A DNA stretch of 64,000 bases from Candidatus Helarchaeota archaeon (lineage in GTDB: Archaea > Asgardarchaeota > Lokiarchaeia > Helarchaeales > RDOG01): assembly GCA_019058315.1 (NCBI GenBank), contig JAHPZH010000001.1, positions 407,536 to 471,535 of the forward strand, given 5' to 3'. Made by a program: the position numbers and the translations under genes. Below, one piece after another: positions 50,312-58,954 of the stretch. The notes beneath the pieces were generated by a model, which had not been told where the DNA came from, did not search any database, and saw only the letters and a list, made by a program, of their open reading frames with translations. How positions within the stretch are numbered: position 1 is the first letter of the stretch; each line of letters opens with the position of its first letter.

Positions 50312-51247
50312 ATGGTAAGACCTTTAAAATATCTCTTAATTAAAGAATACGAAGAAACTAAGCCTGAAGAGTTGCCAAACCTTCCACTTGAAGCTATTGA
50401 AGGAATTGTTGAAGAGGATATGATAGGATTTAAAGAAATGGATATTAATAACCTTACTGAGCTTTCCGAAGCAAAATTTTCAAAATTAAAGGGAAAAGAA
50501 CTTAGTGATTATAAGGTTAATAAGGGAATTTCTTATGCGATAGATATAATGATTCAATCAAACGAACCCGGTGTTCATGAAGAAATTATGCCCCTAGATG
50601 AGTTACTAATTAGAGAATACGAACCCACTCCACCGAAAGATTTAGCTGATTTACCTACAGTTGCTATTGAAGGCGTAGCTCCGAGAGGTGAGAAATTATT
50701 AAAAGAAATTGGTATAAAAACAGTCAAAGAATTTGCAGATTCAGATATAAAAAAGATAAAAACATCAAAGCTCTATGATTGGGAAGCAGAGAAATATTTA
50801 GAATATGCAAGATGGATAATAAATTATGCTGATGAGAAAATTAAGAAGCCAGATACGGAAAATATTGAATTTAAAACTAAAGGAGATAATTTGATCCTTA
50901 CATTCGATAAAACAAAAGAATTCGGTCCATCAGCCACGGGTAAAACGATTATTGTTGCCCATTCTCATGGAGGTCAACGAATTAAGGGGACTGATCTGAG
51001 TTTCGGAATGTATGCATATAAATATCCAACGAAAAAGGCAATAAAACAAAAAAAAGTTAAAGAAATGCAAAATATAGCTATAAAAGTTGCTGGTAATATT
51101 GTAACACTAACAGTTAACATGAAAGAAGATTATGGTTCTTCAGCCTCAGGCAAAAGTTCGATAGTCGCATCATCCAGAGGAAATAAGCTAATTGAAGATA
51201 CTGGGGTGTATGTAGGTTTAAATGTTTACAGGCAAGAAAAGAAATAA
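50312..51247 (+). CDS. Hypothetical protein with two internally duplicated domains (A-A-B-B)
   Basis: LLI(K/R)EYE.T.P..L..LP..AIEG twice; NI..K..G....LT.....(F/Y)G.SA(T/S)GK..IVA.S.G twice. Confidence 0.75.
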   Translation: MVRPLKYLLIKEYEETKPEELPNLPLEAIEGIVEEDMIGFKEMDINNLTELSEAKFSKLKGKELSDYKVNKGISYAIDIMIQSNEPGVHEEIMPLDELLIREYEPTPPKDLADLPTVAIEGVAPRGEKLLKEIGIKTVKEFADSDIKKIKTSKLYDWEAEKYLEYARWIINYADEKIKKPDTENIEFKTKGDNLILTFDKTKEFGPSATGKTIIVAHSHGGQRIKGTDLSFGMYAYKYPTKKAIKQKKVKEMQNIAIKVAGNIVTLTVNMKEDYGSSASGKSSIVASSRGNKLIEDTGVYVGLNVYRQEKK

Positions 51248-51474
51248 ATAAAACAGGGAATAACTTTACTATATGAAATTTTTTTCTCTTTTTTTAGAGT
51301 TTTTTATTTTTAATAGAAAATTAAGTTGTTATAGTCATTTTTTAAATTCTTTAACAAGATTTACATTATAAAAAAAAAGAGATAACATTATTATATTTTT
51401 ATAATATTCAGATTTGGAATTAATCTCGTTGGTATAAAATCTTTAAAACCTGTTTAATAGAAGAGTAGTTAATA

Positions 51475-52743
51475 ATGAAGGAACGAAGTGTTGAAGAAAT
51501 TCAAGAAAAAATAAATGAGGGGAAAGCTAATATATTTACTGCACAAGAATTGTGCGATTTAATTAATAAAGGGGAGAAAATCGATTTTGAGGATATAGAT
51601 GTCATAACTACTGCAACGAAAGGTCTAATGAGTGGGACTACTGCAATTGTTTCATTCAGAGTCTCAGAACCTAAGAAATTCCAAAAAGCAAAGAAAATGA
51701 CTCTTAATGGAATTCCTGCTTATGTAGGTCCATGTCCTAATGAATATCTAGGGGTTGTAGATGCTATAATTTTTGGTACAGAGCATAGTTTAGAAAATCC
51801 CAACTATGGTGGGGGTCACCTATTTCGCGATCTTATTGAAAACAAAGAAATAGATGTTATAGTAGAGACAATTGAAAATATGGAAATAAAAAGTAAAGTA
51901 AAGCTTCAAGATATGGGCTATGCTAAAATGCTTGCAATAAGAAATGCATTTAAAAATTATTTAGCATTTGTGAACCCGACTCATAATCCAGTAAAAACTA
52001 TTTTTTCAGCTACTGATTTTAAAGGTCCTCTTTATGAGGCAACTTTTTGCGGTTGTGGGGCATTAAATCCCATTCAAAATGATCCTGAAATGGAAGTATT
52101 TGGAATAGGAACACCCATTTTAATGAATGGTGCCAAAGGATATATCATAGGGGAAGGTACTAGAAGTACTAAAGAAAAACCGAATTTAACAGCAATTGCC
52201 GATATAAAAAACATGAAACCCGAATATGCTGGAGGATTCATGACTTCTGCAGGTCCAGAAGTAATTAATACATGGGCAGTCCCCATACCTATTTTAAATG
52301 AGAAAATTTTAAATAATGTAAAGAAATTAGACAAAGATATTCATTTAACAATAGTGGATGTAGTTGGTAGAGGTCCTCTCGGAGAAACCACATATGGAGA
52401 AGTTTGGAAAAAGGGATATTCAATAGATTTTAAAGAAAATGGCTGTAAAAATTGTCCTAATTTAGAAACATGTAAAATTGATGAAATTTGCCCCACTAAT
52501 GCATTCGTTAAAGATAAAGGAATCGATAAATCTCTTTGTTTTAATTGTGGAACGTGTTTGATTCATTGTGTCCAAGACGCCTTCGAAGGAAATATGAGCA
52601 CAATTAAGCTTGGTAATAAAGAAATTCCAATAGTGTGCCGCCAATCTGATAGAATGGGTGCAATTAAATTAGCTGATGAACTAAAAAACCTTATTTTAAA
52701 AGATAAATTTCCGTTAGTCAAACCTACTGATAAAATTTATTAA
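51475..52743 (+). CDS. comF: Methanogenesis marker 16 metalloprotein / coenzyme M synthase (ComF-like)
   Basis: DVITTATKGLMSGT, GPCPNE.LG.VD, YGGGHLFRDL, GCG.LNP.QNDP, GGF.TSAGPE, ferredoxin CxxC motifs, CRQSDR. Confidence 0.85.
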   Translation: MKERSVEEIQEKINEGKANIFTAQELCDLINKGEKIDFEDIDVITTATKGLMSGTTAIVSFRVSEPKKFQKAKKMTLNGIPAYVGPCPNEYLGVVDAIIFGTEHSLENPNYGGGHLFRDLIENKEIDVIVETIENMEIKSKVKLQDMGYAKMLAIRNAFKNYLAFVNPTHNPVKTIFSATDFKGPLYEATFCGCGALNPIQNDPEMEVFGIGTPILMNGAKGYIIGEGTRSTKEKPNLTAIADIKNMKPEYAGGFMTSAGPEVINTWAVPIPILNEKILNNVKKLDKDIHLTIVDVVGRGPLGETTYGEVWKKGYSIDFKENGCKNCPNLETCKIDEICPTNAFVKDKGIDKSLCFNCGTCLIHCVQDAFEGNMSTIKLGNKEIPIVCRQSDRMGAIKLADELKNLILKDKFPLVKPTDKIY

Positions 52744-52833
52744 ATATGCTTAATTACTCCTAAATATAAACGTTAAGGACTTAAGTGAAGAAAATAGCTC
52801 TAATTATAATAAATTTTATGGAGAAATACAAAT

Positions 52834-53256
52834 TTGCTAACAAATGAAGAATTAAAAAAATATATAAAAAAAATTTCTGATTATATGAAAAATGCTGATG
52901 CCCAACAATCCCAAACTTGTGGTTATTTAAGAGATCTTTCGAATGTTTTTCATTCAATTTCATTTCTTAAACAAAATGGTAATTATGGCATGATGGATTC
53001 AGCAATTTTCCAATTTCAATCAACACTTTCACAAGTACCTCAAGACCTAAAATCTGAAGTTAGCCAAAAACTAAGGGAACTAACCTTAAATTTTTCTCGG
53101 CAATTAGATACAATCGTTGAAAACATTACAGACCTGGAAAATGGAAGCATTGATATTTTTAAAGCTATTGCTAACTTATTCCTATGTGTTGAAAACTTAT
53201 TTAGATTAAAAGATTCAATTGGATCCTATCCAAGACCTGCACCCTTTCCTATGTAA
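52834..53256 (+). CDS. Helical hypothetical protein, tandem paralog 1
   Basis: 140 aa, TTG start after GGAG, ends SYPRPAPFPM. Confidence 0.75.
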   Translation: MLTNEELKKYIKKISDYMKNADAQQSQTCGYLRDLSNVFHSISFLKQNGNYGMMDSAIFQFQSTLSQVPQDLKSEVSQKLRELTLNFSRQLDTIVENITDLENGSIDIFKAIANLFLCVENLFRLKDSIGSYPRPAPFPM

Positions 53257-53316
53257 TTCGTTATTATAATAAGAAGGATAGTTAGAATAATATAAGAAAC
53301 AAAGAGGATTTTTAAT

Positions 53317-53739
53317 TTGCTGACAAATGAAGAATTGAAAGAAAATATGCTAAAAATAGCAGATTATATGAAAAAACCTGATGCACAAAATTCCCAAATA
53401 AGTGTGTATTTAAAAAATCTCTCAAATACTTTTTATGCGTTATTAATTGTTAAAGATAACGGAAATTATGCTATGTTACAAGCTGTGATTATTCAATTTC
53501 AAATGACACTTCAACAAATGCCTCAAGATATAAAATCAGATATTAAACAAAAACTCAGAGAATTATTTCTAAATTTTTCTCGAGAATTAAGTATTATTGC
53601 TGAAAATTTAGCACAGTTAGATAGCGGAAATATGGAAATTTATAAAGCTACTTCTAATTTATATCTTTATGTTAATAAATTGTTTAAATTAAAAGAATTA
53701 ACTGTTTCCTATCAAAGACCTGCACCTTTTCCTATGTAA
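53317..53739 (+). CDS. Helical hypothetical protein, tandem paralog 2
   Basis: 140 aa, TTG start after GAGG, ends SYQRPAPFPM. Confidence 0.75.
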   Translation: MLTNEELKENMLKIADYMKKPDAQNSQISVYLKNLSNTFYALLIVKDNGNYAMLQAVIIQFQMTLQQMPQDIKSDIKQKLRELFLNFSRELSIIAENLAQLDSGNMEIYKATSNLYLYVNKLFKLKELTVSYQRPAPFPM

Positions 53740-53769
53740 TTCCTTTTTTCTAATTAGAGAGCGTTCAAA

Positions 53770-54504
53770 TTGGAATTTTATGAAGAATTTATTGAAAAAT
53801 ATGATAAGTTAGTCTCTTGGGAGAATAGAGTTACAAGAGAATCAAATTTCTATAAAACAGTTTTTTCTAATAATGATGTTAAAACAATATTGGACTGTGC
53901 TTGTGGAACAGGACATCATGTTATTATGTTAAAACAAATGGGATATGATGTCAAAGGGTCTGATATTTCTCCTGCAATGATTCAAAAAGCTAAAAGTAAT
54001 TCTGATAAATTAGGTTTGAAGATTCCATTAAAAATCTCTGATTTTAAAAATATTTCTAAAATATATAGTGAACAATTTGATGCAGTAATTTGTGTTGGCA
54101 ATTCTTTACCACATTTGTTTACAAACAAGGAAATTTTTGAGGCTCTTAGCGAAATATATAAAGTTCTAAGGCAAAATGGTATTTTTATTTTGGAGCAAAG
54201 AAATTATGATAAATTAACTAAGTTCCAAACTCGGTTTTTTCCAGTTACTTTCAGAGAAGACGAGATTTTTTTCTATGTCCTGGATTATTTTCCAAAAAAA
54301 ATTGTTTTTAATGTAATTGATTTAGAAATTAATTCCAAAAAATTTCATGTTTTTACTACAGAATATAATCCAATCAAAAAAGAAAATTTAGTAGAATTAT
54401 TAGAAAAATCTGGATTTAAGAACTTTAAATACCATCAAGATCATGAATTCAGCGAATTTAATATAGAAAAAAGTGATAATTTAATTATAATTTGCAAAAA
54501 GTAG
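53770..54504 (+). CDS. Class I SAM-dependent methyltransferase (glycine/sarcosine N-methyltransferase-like)
   Basis: ILDCACGTG, GSDIS..M, FDAVICVGNSLPHL, QRNYD. Confidence 0.88.
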   Translation: MEFYEEFIEKYDKLVSWENRVTRESNFYKTVFSNNDVKTILDCACGTGHHVIMLKQMGYDVKGSDISPAMIQKAKSNSDKLGLKIPLKISDFKNISKIYSEQFDAVICVGNSLPHLFTNKEIFEALSEIYKVLRQNGIFILEQRNYDKLTKFQTRFFPVTFREDEIFFYVLDYFPKKIVFNVIDLEINSKKFHVFTTEYNPIKKENLVELLEKSGFKNFKYHQDHEFSEFNIEKSDNLIIICKK

Positions 54505-54527
54505 GACTTTCACTAAAAAAATCAATT

Positions 54528-54719
54528 TTAATTAGATTTCTTATCCTTTTTTTGTTCGACAAAGCTTAACAAGTCAGTCTGAGATTTATAATAACATTTT
54601 TCACAAAGCCAAATTTTAGTTACTAATTTAGCTGGGCCATGAAATCCTTTAGCAGGCTTCTTTTTTATAATATAATGAGTGGCTTGAATATTTGGATGAT
54701 TTTTACAATAATGTTTCAT
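54528..54719 (-). CDS. Small zinc-finger protein (B-box-like)
   Basis: CKNHP...LCEKC. Starts 9 nt after the upstream gene's stop. Confidence 0.6.
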   Translation of the reverse strand: MKHYCKNHPNIQATHYIIKKKPAKGFHGPAKLVTKIWLCEKCYYKSQTDLLSFVEQKKDKKSN

Positions 54720-54728
54720 ATTAATCTA

Positions 54729-57236
54729 CTAAATCCATCTAAAAACATTTGAACAAACAGGACATCTTTTATGTTGATCCACATAAGCGATAATACAGTC
54801 CTTATGGAATGGTGTATTACAATTCTCACACTTGGTATATGCATGGGTCTCAATATTTGTATAACATATAGCGCATAGATTTCCACTAATGAGTTGATAT
54901 TCTTCTAATTCTTCATAATTAACTTTCTTTAATGGTATGAATTTGGAATCTGAAATCTCTCCTTTTATAATTCCTCTATCAAGGAGTTCTCTAAGCCAAG
55001 ATTCCATTTCACGTAAATTAATCTCAAATTTATTTGCCAGTTCTTTGAGTCTTATTTCATCAATTGAACTGAGAAAAATTTGTATTTTTCTTATATCAAG
55101 AGCCCTTATTTTATCTAATTCGTCAAGACTTCTCAACCTATCCAAATTTCCAATATTTGCTATTGTGTCTTGAATATAATAATCATTTGAAATATAACCT
55201 TTTATTTCTTCGTTAAGTATTAACTCTTCTAATATATTTTCCAATTCACTAACTGGATATCTGCATTTTTCAGCTAATTTGCTTAAATGTATGCTTTTAT
55301 ATATTTTAGAATATTTTTTCAATTTACTTTTTACTAATTCTACATCTTGAGTTTCCGCAATAAATTCATTTCCTCTCAATACTTCCTCTTCTTCACTAAA
55401 TTCCTGAATAGATTGAGGAATTTCAAAAACATCAGAAAATAAATTCTCAAATTTATCTTGCACTTTAACCAAAGCTGATATTGCTACACGATTATTGGGA
55501 TCAATTTCAATAATCTTATTTAAAGCATTCATCGCTTTCGGATAATCTTTTATAAAAATTCCATAAGTTTTTGCTTTTTCAAACCAGATATCAGTATTTT
55601 GAGGATTGATTTCAAGTGCTTGGTCCAATATTTCAATCGATTTTTGTGGATCATTTAATTTTTTATAAACCGAACTTAATTTTATCCAAGAATTAACATA
55701 TTTAGGGTCTATCTCAAGAACTTTTTCAAAATATTTAATAGCATCTTCAAAGTTTTTAAATTCTATCTCTTTTTCCCCAATTTTATGCCAAAATGAAGTT
55801 ATAGGTAATTTTATACTTTTTAGTCTTTCTTTAGATGTTGTAATGGCGGAATCAGAAGGATTTCCACGAATAAAAATATTTTTCTGACTTAATAAGTAAT
55901 TTAATACCACATTTTCATAACCTAATTCATTTAATGTTTCAAAGCATTCAAAGGTCTCTCTATAATCTTTTAAATAAAAATAAGCAATTCCCATACTTAA
56001 CCATGCTTCAATATTTCTCTCGTCCATTTTAATGATTTTTCTAAATAAAAGAATTGCTTTTTTGTAATATTTTAATTCCAAATAAGCAGATGCCTTATTA
56101 AACCAAAAAAATATCATTTCTGAACTAACTTTCAACAATCTAACTCTTCTTCTATCAAGTCCTTTTACTCTAAATGAATCTTCTATATGCCGTATAACTT
56201 CTAAATCTCTTAATTTAATTAATTTTGTTGCAGCTGAATGCCTAACTGCATAATCTTTGTCTTTTAAAGCTATAAACAAAAAAAATAATACTCTTAAATT
56301 AATTAATGCTGCCAAACTTTCTACAATTGCTTTCCTAATTTCACTATCTTCATCATTTAATAATTTAATTAATGGTCTTATTGCCCCTTTATCGCCTATC
56401 TCCCCCAAAGCTTTTATAGCAGCATATTTCAAATCTCTATCTTTATCTTCTAAAGTTTCAATTAAAGGTTCTACGGCTTTTATATAACCAAGCTTTCCTA
56501 AGCTAAAAGCTGCACTACATCTAACAGTTACGTCACTATCTTTTAAAGCTTCAATTAAAGGATCCACAGCCCTCTCATCATTAAGTTTACCCAAACTTTC
56601 TGCTACAACATACCGAATCTCTGATCTTTCATCCTTCAAACACTCGATCAAAGGTAAAGTTGCTGATAAATCGCCAAAATTGCCTAAACTTCTAGCAATA
56701 AGAAATCTTATCGACCAATCATCATCTTTTAATCCTTTTATAAAAGCTTCAATTATTATATCCTTTTTTAAATTTGCTAGACTTTGAGCAGCTACCCACC
56801 TAACCCCTTCATACTCATCATGCAACAAAGCATCAATTAATGGTTCAATCACCCTCGGGCTATCAAATTTAGACAATTTCTTTGCCGCAGAAAATCTAAC
56901 AAAATGATTTTCACCCTTTAATGCATCAATTAAAGGGGTAATTAGCTGTTTATCATTATATTCGGCTAACCAATTTGCTAAAAACCACTTTAACGCACCA
57001 GTATCTTCTTTAAATAAAGGTAACAATTTTTCGGCTGCATTTGAATCCCCTAAAATACTCAAGCTTTTAGCTGCATTAGAACGAACTAAATAATCATTAT
57101 CTTTCAAAGCTTTAATTAAAGGTTTTACTGCCTTAAAATCACCGAGTTTACCTAGCTTTTTTGCTGCCTTTCGGCGTTTAACCTCATCAGCATTATTTAA
57201 TCTTTCTATTAAAGAACTTAATTCCTCTTCCGACAT
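54729..57236 (-). CDS. HEAT(PBS-lyase)-repeat + TPR + tandem PCI-like winged helix + RING protein
   Basis: ~11 repeats PLI.AL.D....VR..AA..LG; TPRs; IHLSKLAEK..ELENILEELIL.EEIKGYI twice; CAIC-x12-CENC-x4-HKDC-x10-CPVC. Confidence 0.85.
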   Translation of the reverse strand: MSEEELSSLIERLNNADEVKRRKAAKKLGKLGDFKAVKPLIKALKDNDYLVRSNAAKSLSILGDSNAAEKLLPLFKEDTGALKWFLANWLAEYNDKQLITPLIDALKGENHFVRFSAAKKLSKFDSPRVIEPLIDALLHDEYEGVRWVAAQSLANLKKDIIIEAFIKGLKDDDWSIRFLIARSLGNFGDLSATLPLIECLKDERSEIRYVVAESLGKLNDERAVDPLIEALKDSDVTVRCSAAFSLGKLGYIKAVEPLIETLEDKDRDLKYAAIKALGEIGDKGAIRPLIKLLNDEDSEIRKAIVESLAALINLRVLFFLFIALKDKDYAVRHSAATKLIKLRDLEVIRHIEDSFRVKGLDRRRVRLLKVSSEMIFFWFNKASAYLELKYYKKAILLFRKIIKMDERNIEAWLSMGIAYFYLKDYRETFECFETLNELGYENVVLNYLLSQKNIFIRGNPSDSAITTSKERLKSIKLPITSFWHKIGEKEIEFKNFEDAIKYFEKVLEIDPKYVNSWIKLSSVYKKLNDPQKSIEILDQALEINPQNTDIWFEKAKTYGIFIKDYPKAMNALNKIIEIDPNNRVAISALVKVQDKFENLFSDVFEIPQSIQEFSEEEEVLRGNEFIAETQDVELVKSKLKKYSKIYKSIHLSKLAEKCRYPVSELENILEELILNEEIKGYISNDYYIQDTIANIGNLDRLRSLDELDKIRALDIRKIQIFLSSIDEIRLKELANKFEINLREMESWLRELLDRGIIKGEISDSKFIPLKKVNYEELEEYQLISGNLCAICYTNIETHAYTKCENCNTPFHKDCIIAYVDQHKRCPVCSNVFRWI

Positions 57237-57453
57237 GATCGATTTTCTTCGTTTATTTTAAATTATTGATGATTCCCAATAATATCCTTATTTTATGATA
57301 TTTATAATATATGAATCGCTAAAAAACTTATAAAATCTTATTAGATTTATCTTAAAATTTAAATAATTTTTCTCAAGTTTACAACCATTAACATTTTTAC
57401 TCCAAAGTTATAACTAGTATATTATGGGATATTTCCTTTAGGAGTTTTACATT

Positions 57454-58722
57454 ATGATTTCCAATCGAATTAAGCTCACAATAATTTTAACCATAGCTTG
57501 GTTCTTTACAGTGTGTGATAGATATGTTACACAATTGCTATTTCCCGTTTTTGAGAGCCTCTTTTATATTGACAATCCATTAGTACTAATTGTGTCTACA
57601 GAAGCTGTGTGGTGGGCAGCTTATTCTACATCTGCTATTATTGGCGGTATATTATCTGATAAATTCTTAAGGAAGAATATGATTTCAATAACTTTGTTAT
57701 TTTACTTTGTAAATACTTTCTTAATTTCTTTTGCCACAAATTTTGTGGTTTTTATCTTTTTTAGGATAATGAGTGGTTTATTTGCTGGTGCTTTTTTCCC
57801 ATTAGCTATTACTATAGTCTCTGATGCATACCCCGAAAAAGATATGAAATCTAAAGCTAATGGTTTATTCGTTTCGGGTGCAGTTTTTGCAAATGCAATA
57901 GCCCCAGGAATTATAGGAGAATTAATTATTGGGACAAATAACTATTTATTCGCCAACGAATGGCTTCCTAAACACTTCACAATTGTTGGAAATTGGGGTC
58001 TTATTTATCAAATCTTTTCTATTCCACTTTTAATTATGGCTTTTATTGTACATATCGGATTTGACGAACATGAAGTAATTCAAGATATAGATAAATCTGA
58101 TAAACCACCAATTCGTTCTCTATTCAATAGAAATGTAAATATTTTAATAATTTTTGTAACTTTAGACCTCTTTGAATTATGGACGCTTCAACAATGGCTT
58201 CCCTACCTCTTTGCAGTTTATTTTCTTACCGGGTTCTCTGGAGCTGGAACAACATCAACAGCTGCTGGAATAATTGGTGCATTTGGAGCAGTTACTTTTG
58301 GATTGATTGGTGGCAGTCAAAGTGCAAAATCAGATAAAAAGAAGGGAAACAAAATAACACTTGTGGTTGCTGTTTGTGGAGATATAATAGGATTGCTTAT
58401 ATTTATATCTTTAGGAACTTTAATACCACGAGGACCCAATAGCGCTATTTTCGCGATGATTGCTATAATGCTTGTAATTTTTGCAGGAACTGGAGAATAT
58501 GCAGCATTATATACACTTATTACTGAAAGTGTTCCTCCTTCTGTAAGTGGTAAAACTATGGGTTTATGTATCGGTATTGCTAATTTCGCAACAGTGGGTG
58601 GCTTAATAATTCAGGGAATTGTAGGTACTAATTCACCAACTATTTTGATAATTTTATGGATACCAATAGCAGCAGCAATTATACAATTACCAATTAGCTA
58701 TTTATATAATCCGACAGATTAA
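57454..58722 (+). CDS. MFS transporter
   Basis: CDRY, GILSDKFLRK (motif A), FRIMSG, ~12 TM helices. Confidence 0.9.
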   Translation: MISNRIKLTIILTIAWFFTVCDRYVTQLLFPVFESLFYIDNPLVLIVSTEAVWWAAYSTSAIIGGILSDKFLRKNMISITLLFYFVNTFLISFATNFVVFIFFRIMSGLFAGAFFPLAITIVSDAYPEKDMKSKANGLFVSGAVFANAIAPGIIGELIIGTNNYLFANEWLPKHFTIVGNWGLIYQIFSIPLLIMAFIVHIGFDEHEVIQDIDKSDKPPIRSLFNRNVNILIIFVTLDLFELWTLQQWLPYLFAVYFLTGFSGAGTTSTAAGIIGAFGAVTFGLIGGSQSAKSDKKKGNKITLVVAVCGDIIGLLIFISLGTLIPRGPNSAIFAMIAIMLVIFAGTGEYAALYTLITESVPPSVSGKTMGLCIGIANFATVGGLIIQGIVGTNSPTILIILWIPIAAAIIQLPISYLYNPTD

Positions 58723-58954
58723 ATTTCAAAGGACCATAATGATTAAAACAAAAAATTCTTTTAAGTTCAATGATATGCAATGAAACTTACGTATAATATC
58801 TAGGGTCTATTTAATTAGTAGGGATTAATAACCTTTCTAGGACTAATTCTAATCATAAGAGGAGAAATTAATCGGAAAAAACAAAAAAAAGAAAGATAGT
58901 ATTATTAAGTCGAAAATTCATTTCTAATTAGAGAAATTTTTGAGAGAGCACCAA

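Noticed and set aside
50920-51165. GPSATGKT/GSSASGKS read as a P-loop NTPase
   Set aside because: The units are only ~60 aa with no Walker B or alpha/beta core. Kept only as a possible anion-binding loop.
58723-58939. Intergenic gap as a possible ncRNA
   Set aside because: No convincing stems, tRNA fold or paired C/D boxes are visible.
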